NCBI GenBank assembly: GCA_038496445.1
Contig: JALMLS010000505.1
Coordinates: 62,001-126,000, forward strand
Source of the DNA: Trichosphaerium sp. ATCC 40318
Taxonomy: Eukaryota; Protista; Tubulinea
DNA: 64,000 bases
Reading direction: 5' to 3'
The position numbers and the translations under genes are program-made. The stretch's first letter is position 1. The number at the start of each line of letters is the position of its first letter. Shown here piece after piece: positions 15,712 through 27,349 of this stretch. The notes below the pieces were generated by a model that did no database searches, was not told the origin of the DNA, and saw only the letters and a list, made by a program, of their open reading frames with translations.

Positions 15712-17521
15712 TTAGTAACCAGAAGAAAAGCATTTTGTACAACCAGAAGCAAGCAGTAGTAAAACGAATAATCCAAATAATGAACCACCTACAATAACAA
15801 CACCATACAAGAGCCACCTAGCACTGAATGTATGTATGGCTAGAATTAACAAAGTCAGTTGAAACCTCTGTTGTAGTGATGAAATTACAAACACGTACCA
15901 CAGTGCGCATGCTCAATAAGAGTCGCCGGACAAGGAGTTTCTGAATCCAAATCCTTTTCAGATTTAACTAAGAAAAGTTAGCTGTTAGGAATCTAAGTTT
16001 CTTTGGTACCATTGACGCTCTTGTCATTAAGTGTTATATCTATAACACCACATGGTAGAGTAGAATGTACTGTGGCCATTGATAAACTGTTCTCATAACC
16101 CAAAATACTCTCAAGCTCATATCCGCTATGCTCTCTAATTTATTGTTTAGCTAAAGTTTTTTTTTGTGTGCACAGCGCTGGTGGCATTAACTATGTTATT
16201 TTTAGGTACATACCCATAACTCTTTAAATAAATTTCATTCTCAAACACATCAAACTTGAAACTGATATTTTTGGTGCTTGCTGATAATGTCATAGCCAAA
16301 TCTTTATCAAAGTCTATTGTGAATACACCTTGATAAAAAAAGAAAGTTAAAGTTTGCCAACATTCACTACTCTTTGACATTCAAGGTCAAGTGAATATTT
16401 TATGTGTATACGTACTCTTGTATAGTTGTTTATCATAACGTATTAGATAGGTCCACTTACCTAAATAAGGAACGTTAGTTAAGTCAAGGAAATAAAAAGC
16501 TGATTAAAAAAAGAAAGAAAAAAAAAACCAAGAAACTACTTATTACTTTAAATTATCATACCTCGTACCAGTATTCATGTTATAGTTTCTTATACGTGAG
16601 TTATACATAACAAGACAGTAAATATTATTTTTTGTAACTGCCATCTTGTGACATGTTGTCATTAAAGGTAACGATGTCAAGTTTGTTAGTTTGTTGTTAG
16701 AGTAAAGGTATATACTCCCAACTCCAATTGGATCTAGCAACTCGTCTGTTGCAAAGTATATATCATCTCCATGTGAGGTTAAAGCTGTGACACGCGCAGA
16801 TGGCATCTTTTAAACAGAGAAATTAGACGGATAAATGTCAACAAAACTTGTGTACTGTGACGACTGTTTGTAGAGCTGTGAAAAAATATGAGTCGATTGC
16901 ACGCTTGTATATAGCGCCTAGGTTAGTCCCATCATTCCCACTTCCGCCCATAAGTATATGTTGGGCTATACGTATAAATTGAAGCCACAGTGTTACGCTT
17001 ACGTACTTGCTGGGTTTAGAGCGTAAATATTCCTTCCAGACGAAAACGAAAACGCAACTTCCATCTCCGTATTATACACGTTAACGCGTGTCTGGTCATT
17101 GGCTATGAAAGGAGGGTTATATTTATAGATTTCCTTTGAACGCACGTGAAATACCAACAAAACATGACGAGTAGTTTTGTCTAACTATCAAAAATACAGC
17201 TACTGACGCTGCGCCGTAGACGATGGAAATAAGTAACATGATAATAGCTGCTTTTGTAAAGATATTGCATCTTATTTGTTAAAGAAACGTTTAAAAATAG
17301 TTTGGATTAGTCCTAATCGATTGATGTTGTCACGTGACAAGAAAAAAGAAACGATTCGGTTTTTTTGGATACTTGTTCAGCGTTGATTGTAATCTCGACT
17401 TTTTACGTTTTTCGTCATCTAACAGAGGAGATATATCGACTGGTAGTTCGTCTGTTGGTATTCTTGCTGTTGTTTTTGATTTTTTATCCTTCTTGAGCGT
17501 CACCTTGGTGAAATGCCGCAT
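15712..17521 (-). CDS. Membrane protein with N- and C-terminal TM helices and a beta-rich (propeller-like) ectodomain; 3' end uncertain
   Basis: Exons MRHFTK..NK/CNIFTKAAIIMLLISIVYGAA; ORFs 16543-16806 and 16147-16380; C-terminal hydrophobic WLLYGVVIVGGSLFGLFVLLLLA. Confidence 0.55.
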
Positions 17522-17981
17522 ATCAAAGGGTTTAGCGCTCGAAAGCGAGATGTGACCAGCAATGACTGAATGTATAAATTTAGCGAAGACAGGCTGGTGA
17601 AGTTTCACCAACGCGTGTTGTATTTCGTATCACAGCGTGCTTGTAGCTAAAATACATAACGATAAAAATGTTACTAACTTGTCTTCCAAAATCCTCACTC
17701 CACTCTTTGCCCAAATAACCAGTGACATCTAAATTGCACGTGATTGCATTAACAGAGGCTAGTAAAATTGCGCATGTAGTGTAACCGTACATTTATAAGA
17801 CAATGAGACAAGCCTTGACCACTATGTTTGACTTAGATTTAATTGGTGAAATAAACTGTTGTAATGTTTGTGACGTTAAACGATGCAAACAGCGGTACGT
17901 TTACTTGGATTTTTTCGGTTCTAACGGTATTATTAGAGAAGTACAGATAAATCTGCATCTTGTCCTCTTTTTAGCCTACCT

Positions 17982-19373
17982 GTGGAGTTACACCTTTGTA
18001 TTATTGATTTGGATATTGAAACTTATTTTAAATGGCCATTACTATCAAAGCACGTGGCGTTGACAACAAGGTTCGATTCCAAGCTTAGGAAACATGGTTT
18101 GTGGACAAAGCGAAGCTTGTACTGGGAAACGTGGAGGGTTCTCCAGAAGAGTTATTGGAAACATGGTAAGCGCCACGGAGAGTCTAAGGAGTGGTTCGGA
18201 TACGGGCAACTTAAAAAACAATGCTTTTATAGTAAGGGTACTTTGAAAGGAGAGTATAAAGAATGGTACAAAGTAGGGCAACTATTTAAACATTGCTTTT
18301 ATGTTAAAGGTGAATTGGATGGAGAATACAAAGAGTGGTATTCTTATGGTAAATTAAAGATTCAATGCTTTTATTTAAAAGGTGATTATAACGGTGAGTA
18401 CAAAGAGTGGCATACAAATACTGGTGAATTGCGTAAACATTGTTATTATGTCAAAGGTGAACTACACGGGGAATACAAAGAAATGAAAAGAAATGGTCAA
18501 TTATGGAAAGAGTGTTCATATGTTAATGGTAAAATAGAGGGTGAGTACAAAGAGTGGTTAGGCGATTCAAAAGGTAACTTAGGTCACCTACGCCAGCATT
18601 GTTTTTATATAAATGGTGAATTGACTGGAGAGTTCAAGAAATGGTACTGGCGCGATAAGTTAATGATACATTGCTTTTATGGTGATAAAGGTAAATTAGT
18701 AGGGGAGTACAAAGAATGGCACAATAACACTGTGTTGTATAAACATTGTTTTTATTCTAATAACGGACAATTGAACGGAGAGTATAAGGAGTGGGACAAT
18801 GGAGGTGCAATACGTAAACATTGCTTTCATGTAAATGGTGTGTTGTCCAAGGAATACAAGGAGTGGTGTTGGGATGGAAGACCTAGTAAACATTGTGTTT
18901 ACAATAATAGAGGTGAGCTACATGGAGAGTACAAGGATTGGTATGCTACTGGTAGATTGCGTAAACAATGTTTTTACATCAAAGGTGTTTTGAATAAGAA
19001 GTACAAGGAAGGTTTTGAGAATGGTGTTTTAGGCAAACAGTGTACTTATGTAAAAGGTCGTTTACATGGAAAATATAAAGAGTGGCTAGATACAAGTATA
19101 TTGTCTAAATATTGCTTTTATATCAATGGTGAGTTGAATAAGGAGTACAAGGAATGGCATTGGCATGGTAAACTTAAGATACATTGTTTTTATGGCAAAG
19201 GCATTTTACGTAAGGAGTACAAGGAGTGGTTTTGGAATGGTAAATTAAAGATTCATTGCTTTTACAACAATGAAGGTGTGCTTGATGGAGAGTACAAGGA
19301 ATGGAGTGAACACAATAATAACTTATGCACACATACAATGTATGCCAATGGAACAATATTGAGCGAGCTATAA
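17982..19373 (+). CDS. Intronless F-box-like + MORN-variant (YwqK-like) repeat protein, about 17 repeats
   Basis: 463-aa uninterrupted ORF with repeat GELHGEYKEWxxxGxLxxHCFYx. N-terminal LPVELHLCII..LLSK is F-box-like. No in-frame ATG upstream (TAG at 17934), so the start is unresolved. Confidence 0.85.
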   Translation: MELHLCIIDLDIETYFKWPLLSKHVALTTRFDSKLRKHGLWTKRSLYWETWRVLQKSYWKHGKRHGESKEWFGYGQLKKQCFYSKGTLKGEYKEWYKVGQLFKHCFYVKGELDGEYKEWYSYGKLKIQCFYLKGDYNGEYKEWHTNTGELRKHCYYVKGELHGEYKEMKRNGQLWKECSYVNGKIEGEYKEWLGDSKGNLGHLRQHCFYINGELTGEFKKWYWRDKLMIHCFYGDKGKLVGEYKEWHNNTVLYKHCFYSNNGQLNGEYKEWDNGGAIRKHCFHVNGVLSKEYKEWCWDGRPSKHCVYNNRGELHGEYKDWYATGRLRKQCFYIKGVLNKKYKEGFENGVLGKQCTYVKGRLHGKYKEWLDTSILSKYCFYINGELNKEYKEWHWHGKLKIHCFYGKGILRKEYKEWFWNGKLKIHCFYNNEGVLDGEYKEWSEHNNNLCTHTMYANGTILSEL

Positions 19374-19931
19374 TCAAAGTGTTTTGTACGATATTAGAAC
19401 CTATCCACTACTCCTCAATTCTTCGGGCTCTAAAATCAGTTTCAAAAGAGTTTGGACTGACATAGGCAATCATCATGTGCTCTGGGAGGAAAAGCCATCG
19501 TCCTTTGCGGATCTGGCAAGCCACACGAGCGGATTTATTATGTACATTTTGAAAACCACAATGTAAAAAAAACCAAACCATGTAAAAAAGTTGTATTCAC
19601 GAAAACTACGTAAAACTGCTGTCTTTACCTGCAAGCTCTCTACCAATTGCTTGTTCTTCTATCTTTTTAATCTGTCCTTTAGTTCCTGTAGGTGTAACTA
19701 ACGACAGCACAATGTTGAAAAAAAAAAGGAAAAAAGAAGCTACCTGAAAGAAAAATGATTTTAGGGCAGTGAAATGTTTTCATTGGTCGCTACTTGCCAT
19801 AGTTCAATGTATCATGTTGCCTTTGTATTGGCAATAGTGTAAGGTCCATCCAAACGTGGACTTCAACATGTCACGAAATGTGACATCTTGGTTCAAGTTT
19901 TGTTTGCTTAAGTTGTCCAATATCACTCGCA

Positions 19932-20630
19932 ATGAAGGCAATATTTGCATTAGTAATCGCCACATTAGTTTGCCTCTGTTTAGGAGACACGTCTAAGACA
20001 TTTGCTATCCGACCTAACAAACCAGGTGATGTTAGCATTCACGATGACGAAGCTGGCGACTGCACATTCGAATACAGCGCTTTAGGTGGTTCAAGCGAAG
20101 GTGAGTCATCAAATTCGTTATGTCGCTCAATTACCCTTTAGAGTGGACAATTGAAGTACAAGGTAGTAAACACGAGACTCACTGCACTATCACTCGGTAC
20201 AGCAACATTTTTGGTGTTAATACTTACGAAATTAGCGGAGGCCCTTCTTCTCTATTCTTTAAAGAGTTCAAAGCAACTCTTGGCGGAAAACCGCTCAGTG
20301 GAGGTGAAGTCTACGTAAGTTCCTAGCTCAACATTTCAAAAGTCATGACAGTACTGTAGGACCATGACAAGAATGAAGTTGAGCACGTATTTGAGCATGA
20401 GTTTGGTACGCAATGAGTTTTATTTTTTGATTGCCGTAAAACACCCTCTCTACGCTTGTAAAACGCGTGCAAGCGCGTATGCAATTATAGAAAGCTGTTT
20501 TTAAACCGTTTGTAAATATTTTCAACTGATTGCAAACGTATTAGTCTCCAATGTCGCTGGATGGAGCGGTGGCCTTGTCAGTACCATTTACATGTACAGA
20601 GAGATACCAACAATTCACGCTGAATTGTAA
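19932..20630 (+). CDS. MYDGF: MYDGF (UPF0556) homolog, ER-lumenal
   Basis: Signal peptide; CTFEYSALGGSSEEWTI, CTITR, SSLFFKEFKA; C-terminal HAEL* ER-retention signal; 5 exons. Confidence 0.8.
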
Positions 20631-20749
20631 CCAAATACACAATACATTCTCACAATTAAATCACTTGTTGATGAAGCGTTGGCACTATATTTAGTGTCAT
20701 AGCAGTCATGACCCATCACTCGCTTTTTAGTCACTGTGTTTTATCTCTA

Positions 20750-21150
20750 GTGGCGTGTTTTACAAACTGTCAAAGAGGAGAGCAAGGGCAGTGATAGCGA
20801 CAGATTAAGATGAGACCTGTTGAATGAGGCTTTAGTATGAGAAATTTCGAAACAAAAGAAATCGCCATCATCCCAATGCCTTTAGTGATATCTAAACAAG
20901 AGGGTGTTGTTCAGACAACTCTTGATAATTATAAGGGTAGGTTGCCTCAAACTAGAACATAAAAAGCACCAAACCAGTTGTTCGAGAAGCACTTAGGTAT
21001 TCGTTTTTGTTGGTACAGTAATACTAACATTTAGTGATCACGTAGCATTTTAATACCCCCTAACAGTACTTTCTCCTCCTTGGTCTTGTAGGCACTTTGC
21101 TGGGTTTTGAAGACATACGTTATAACTTGATGGAACAACACCTAAACGTA
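20750..21150 (+). pseudogene. Spliced gene remnant of unknown family
   Basis: Exon-like segments bounded by AG/GT with in-frame stops (WRVLQTVKEE..RLR*DLL; TRT*KAP; GTLLGFEDIRYNL). Confidence 0.3.
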
Positions 21151-21747
21151 CAGGTTTGGAAAAATGGAAGAATGCCGATAACTAAAAAGTGGCAAAAACC
21201 AACAATAGTTTTTAACTAAAAACTGCGTGACTAAATGGCACTACAGTACGACCACGTCGAAACCAACATTGTCGGATTTCTTTGTATAACGTCATATATA
21301 ATGCACTAGTGACAAGGCACGCAGACTAGGCATGCGCTAGTTACAGTACGTCTGTTTATGTTCTACTATGCACTACCAGGCTTAGTCCGTCTTTGGGTGC
21401 GTATTCGTTTGTTGGGTAATTAAGGAAACATTACTAGCGCCGCACATGTGAGTATTTAAAGAACGCTTAGTAGTCTGTTATGGTACACCATACCTGTTGG
21501 TAACATGTGACAGATGGGTTTTCTTTGTGTATTCAGTGCAGAATTTCTGTTCGCGTTATTTTAATTTAAACTCAACTCATTGCGTTCTAGATTACCAGAG
21601 TAAAAAGAAGACCATATAAATGACACGGAGCATACATTTAGTTTGGGTAAAAAGTAGCTAGTTTTCAGCATTCGGCTCACATAAAATTTGTGTTCAGCTT
21701 TTGTTACTCTCAGCACCGCAACACATCCTCTTCCCACAAACACAAAC

Positions 21748-24700
21748 ATGTCCCTCCAAACCTTTAAAATTACTTTCCTTGAATACCGCGGCGCTAGTTT
21801 AGCAGACGATGCCCAACTGAACCTAACGCTTCAGGGTACGTTTAGTAATTTTGATAAAAGACGTATCTAACACGTGATTAAAGGCAAGCTATACCAAAGC
21901 CAGCGTATTAACTTACCAAAGTATGCTGGAACTGCTAAATGCCACTTTGTATTTAGAAACGTGTTATGGGGCAAGCATGATGTAGCTATGTTCACATTAA
22001 CTACAACAGTACGTTTATATCTTCTAAACAATAAGATTTGTTTTGCGCGCTAGGTTTTTTTTTTTTTCAAAACTGCACGCGAGTAAAAAAAATCTCTTTG
22101 CGCTCTGGGTTATATCTTCCGCTCCGCTTTTAGTGCTCTTTTCTATTTGGTTTTGCTACATAAACCCTAATTTTGTTTTTGGTTTAATTTATCGAAAAAC
22201 GTGACTGAGAGAGCACCGCAGTCGCAACAAAGTTGATTCGAAGCATTCTTTATTCAGAAAAAAAAAAAGCAGTTTTTGTGTGATTTGATATCAATCCGAC
22301 CTTACACCTTTCTAGACGGGTCAGGTGGTCATGAAAGTAGAGCGACCAAAGTTTTTTATGTTATACCGTAAGCACTGGCTCAAAATGATAACACGAGGCA
22401 CAACACAGACGATGTTCGTTCGCGTTAAATTCACGCGTTGTAAAAAGTCCTCTGCTAGTCCCCACGTGGTATCTCTTGCGACGAATATGATAAACAACAA
22501 TATCACATACGCTGTATAAATATGATCAACAACACCAACGGTTACCCGACTTGAAACCCAAATACTCAATAACTGCCTGTACGATACATTGTAAAAAGAA
22601 AAGAACTACGCTGTAAGAATAAAAGAAAAACCAATCAACCAATAATTCGAACAAGGCAACTGTTCGCCTGGAGTTCCACGCGAAGACAAGTTTTTAAATC
22701 ACAAACACTGCGTATTTTGATACCTGATAGCGTTTGTACTTGCATTTTGAAGCACGTGATTTATTTTAAGTCATAGCGTTAAGTCAGAAGAAAAGCGTAT
22801 TGTTCCCTTACAATGCCCAGTTGTCATTTATAAATAGTAATGTCGCACTAAAAGAAACGTAAATGAAGCACTCGTGGGAATCTAAGCTTCTAAAACGGTC
22901 AGTAAAGTGCGTATTATGGAATTTAACGCATTTTGTAGGCCCAAAACATGTAATTGGTGCTCACAAGGTATTTGGAGTCCAGTAAAGAAGGTAGCGTTTG
23001 TTTGTTCCCGTACGTATTTTATAAATCTTTCTATTCAATATTGGTCACTTATAGAGTGACCTACAACTTAAAAACAGCGAGTTTTTTTTATTTACATTTG
23101 TCTTCTTTTTGTTTTGGGTTAAAAATATTTTTGGACTAGGTTGTGGCTATGTGACTCATAAAAAATGCGAACCGAATGTACCTCACACGTGCAGGACAAA
23201 AACTGAGATACAGAAAATAGTAGGGTTATTATTGATTACTATTGTTCGCGGTGATGCCTTTGAACCTGGTACGGCAAAAATTGGTTGGTTTTTTTTTAGT
23301 TTTTTTCACATGCTCGCGATTTACTTTGTTGACACATGCTAAAATACAGTTAAATCTCCAGTTTGAACAAATAGGGCTTATTTTTTTGACGTTGTTGCTA
23401 GACTTAGACGTATACTGCCAAATGTCATTTGATTCCCAAACCAAAATACGCACTAAAGTGAGTCAATCTCCTCCGGAGTGGAACCAATCGTTTTCTTTTT
23501 TCGTCGAGGATACAAGGTACATACAAACAAACCAATCAAAACCAATGGTTTGGTGTTTGGTTGTTCTGTGTTTAACCTCTTTGTTTTAGAGCTAATAACT
23601 TGGTGCTTGAATGCTATGATAAGGAATACAGGAAAGATACGTATCTGGGAACAACTATGATACAAAATATTCGTGATTACGCTGTTGATAAGGATGCCAT
23701 TATGCACCTCTACCGTGATGGCACGTCAAATTACCTTAAAATTTATGCAAAGTCAAAAATATCCAATAATAGCAGCGTCAAGCATTCATTTGTCCAACCC
23801 GAAGGCGTACCTCGTTGAAGAAAATTATTGTTTTGTTTTTAAGTTCTATACGTTCACAAAGCATGAAGTATCTCAACGTTTCTTCAGGTCAACAAACATC
23901 AACATCTGTTGTTATGAATGTCGAATACAAGCCTTTTGTAGCTCCAGACAGCAAGCAAAAATTGTATGTGATGGAGTTTGATTATTATTTACTTACCTTG
24001 ACTTAGTGGCGATAAACGACCGCGTGATCATTTGGGATTTGTAGTGGACGAAGAATACTACGATAGCTACACATCATCTTGGGAATGGTACGTGAGTTTG
24101 TAGGGTTTTTGTTTGATTTCTTCTTTTTGTTTTTAACAACCCTGCGTTATAGGTACTTTGACAAAAGGCTCCCACAACAACATAATTATTGGAACGCTCA
24201 CTTTCATAACCATATATTTTGTCAGCCAAACGTTATTGTTACCAAGCGTAAGTACTCATAGAAAACACAACTCAAGCATCATTGTCTTTTTTTGACGTTT
24301 TTTGTTTCAGAGCTCAAAGGATTTGTCCGTGAAGGTATTCCTCACTCCTTCAGAGGAGAGCTATGGCAGCTTTTAACAGGATCAAAGAAAGCTATGAAGG
24401 AGAGTAAGGACCTATACAAGAGGCTTCTAAGAGAAAACATGGGAAAAATAACAGCCGCAACAAAACAGATAGATAAGGATGTTCATAGGACTTTTACAGA
24501 GCATCCAATATTAACAACAAAACGCTCTGAGGAATCCTTAAGGCGTATTCTAATAGCTTATTCGTGGAAAAATAGAGTTGTACGTTATCAGAGCATGCTT
24601 GAGGTCAAAATTTTGTGTACACAGAAAACTTAGTCGCAAAATTGTTTTGCGATTTTGGAAGCTACCTAACTTATTTGTTTATCTCAAATATTATGTTCTT

Positions 24701-26849
24701 TTTACAAGCACAATTAATCGCTCTGGATTTGGTTGTATTCGTTGCTAATTTTATGTAGGTAGGATACTGTCAGTCAATGAACTTCCTTGCAGCTTTTTTC
24801 TTACTTGTGATGAGTGAAGAAGAAGCATTTTGGCTCCTGTGTACATTTGTAGAGGAAGTGCTTCCTTCTTACTACGACTCAGACTTAATTGGGTCTCAGG
24901 TATGCGAAAACGGTCCATTATCACGTGATAGAAATCCAGAGCTAAAGCAGCTTTTTGTTAATGTTGCTTCGTAGGCTGATTTACAAATGTTTGAAGATAT
25001 GCTAATGACGCACTTTCCTGAGATTCAATCACATTTATTTAACTTGGGAATGCCTGTGAGTCTCAAGATTACAAGTTGGTTTCTTTCTTGTTATTGTACA
25101 ATTCTACCAACTGAAGTACGTGGTCAAAACAAACGAGACACGTGCTTTGGTTCTTTTTTAATTTGTTTTTCAGACAGCTCTTCGGATATTCGATTGGATG
25201 ATGGTAGATGGGGTCAATGTATTGTTTAGTATAGGTTTAGCTCTCTTTGATATAAACAAGGATGTCATCCTGGAGAGCGTTGGTATGACAAAGACCATTA
25301 TTGGTTTTTTTTGTACCTTTTGAATTAATGTCGATTTTTTTCTAGATTTTGAGACATGTATTGGAGCCTTTAATTTTATGACACGTTCAGCTTTTAATGC
25401 AGATTTATTGGTAGAAGTACGTTGATATTTTTATGATTTTGCAAACCTTCTATGAAACTTATACACGCTTCGAAAAACTTGGGTTAAAAAAAGATTGACT
25501 TTCTCTTTAGCTTGCCTTTACCAAGTATAAGTTAAAGCCAAATGAGGCAAAGAAAAAGAGACAAAGATATTTAAGACATGTCAAAAAGAAGAGAACACAA
25601 GATTTGAAGAAACGCACACCATGTACTACAGCTGCAGAAAAACTTGTTTTTTCTGATTTTTTTCTGACTCTTTTTTGTTAGTGGATCAGTGGGAGTTTGA
25701 TGCACTAATGAAAGAATGGCAAAAGCTTGGGTGTGATGTTATATCAGTACCACAATTCCGTGATATTGTCACAAAGATATGTCCTGTATTAGAGAATATA
25801 AATACAGCATTATTTCGGGTAAGTCATCTACTCAAAATCACTTTCACGCCGTTTTGGAAAAACACATTTGCATGTAGTATGCATTAGTGTTAACAAAAAT
25901 TTGTGATTTTGAAGTATTGTGAGCGGTATTTATTGTATTTTCCGTTCTTAATTGGTACTGACTCAATCGCTAAATTATGCCCTTTTGGTAGCAGAAACAC
26001 GTGTTTTTTTATCAAATTTTGTGTTTACTTTTCTGACTGATTGTATTTCGAATAGGTTTTATCAAAGAAAAGCGATTGTATGAACTTACAAGAGTTCATG
26101 ATGGGTTTCTCTATTTTCACTAAAGGCACTTATGAGCAGAAGATAAATTGTACGTAATTCATGAATTGGTTGTTTGTCAACGTAGATCTCATTTTACAAT
26201 AGTGTGGTTTGATGTCTTCGATTCTGACTGTGGTACGCAATTAATTAATTGAGACGTTATTTTGAGTTTGATGAAGACTTCTATCAGTGCCTTTTCGTTT
26301 AGTATAAAATACTATCAGTTAGCTATTTTATCACACTACACCAGCTGACTTGTTGGGTTTTAGATGGTTATCTAGAGAACAAAGATCTTGTAAATATGTT
26401 CGTCTTGTTGTGGAAACTATTTAATCATGGAGCAAATATGGATACTGCATGGACATCCAAATTATTTGATGTACGAACTACTATACACGTGATTGTAGCT
26501 TTTAGATGGTTAATAAGCAACGTCGCCAACAAAACTAAAAAAGAAAAATTCCATCTATCTAATAATCTTTTAGATGGTTAATAAGCGTCGCCAAGGTAAA
26601 TGGACTAAAAAAGAGTTCAAGCTTGCATGTAAACATATGCCATTATTCTCAGAGTACTTCTCGTATCAAATTATATCAGAAGATAAAAAACAGATAGTAC
26701 GAGATAGAAGACGTGAAATGACTATCCCTATTCCTTCAAAGAAGAACCCAAATAGAAAAACAATACGCGGTGATTCATCTATTGCAATGAACTTTAGAGC
26801 AAAGTCTGCAAACCCAATGCCAAGACGTTTGTACAGAAGCGAAAAGTAA
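21748..26849 (+). CDS. RabGAP: C2-like - C1 - C2 - TBC - EF-hand protein
   Basis: C1: HSWESK..PKTCNWCSQGIW..FVCSRCGYVTHKKC..VPHTC. C2: DLDVYCQMSFD..PEWNQSFSF..CYDKE. TBC: GIPHSFRGELW, QIDKDVHRT, GYCQSMNFLA, EEEAFW, RIFDW. EF-hand: FDVFDSDCDGYLE. Confidence 0.88.
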
Positions 26850-27349
26850 GAAAAAAATACGAGAACTAAAAGACGAAAAAAATAGTAACCACCAATGTAC
26901 ACATCCATGGCGACAGTAAGCAATATAATAAACTTGTTTGGCAAAAAAAAAACCCGTACCACCAAAATACGGATGTGTTTGTCCAAGACTTTAGGCTCAT
27001 TAGGGGTTAGTTCCCTATGGAGAGTGAATATCTGTTAATTTAAATCCAGTCAACTCCATTGAGAGTGCCCACAAGGTTTTGAAGTTCTGTACGCAACGTG
27101 TGACGCCATCAGACTATCTCATTAATGGCATAGACTTAACAACCAGTTTGTTTATCACATCGTAATACAACCTAAGTATCAGCTGCAGTTGTTTAGTTTG
27201 TACCAATTCCATTGCGTAGCTTTCGTCGTAGCATTCAAGGTTTAATTTGAACTAATGCGTTCTGGAGAAGCACTGCAGAACATGGTAGCGTGTTTGGGTA
27301 CGTAACCGGAAGTTACTACATAAAACAGCCAATCCGCCTCTTATTATTT

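Noticed and set aside
18150-19360. Regular repeats with variable spacers resembling a CRISPR array or DGR target (also 45400-45950)
   Set aside because: The repeats are in-frame protein-coding units in a eukaryotic genome, with no cas gene, reverse transcriptase or template repeat in the window.
19400-19800. Exon-like fragments on the - strand downstream of the MORN gene
   Set aside because: Could not assemble a consistent ORF or recognise homology.
21300-21560. Possible snRNA/snoRNA in an intergenic stretch with an Sm-like aatttctg
   Set aside because: No U1/U2/U4/U5/U6 or box C/D hallmark could be matched.
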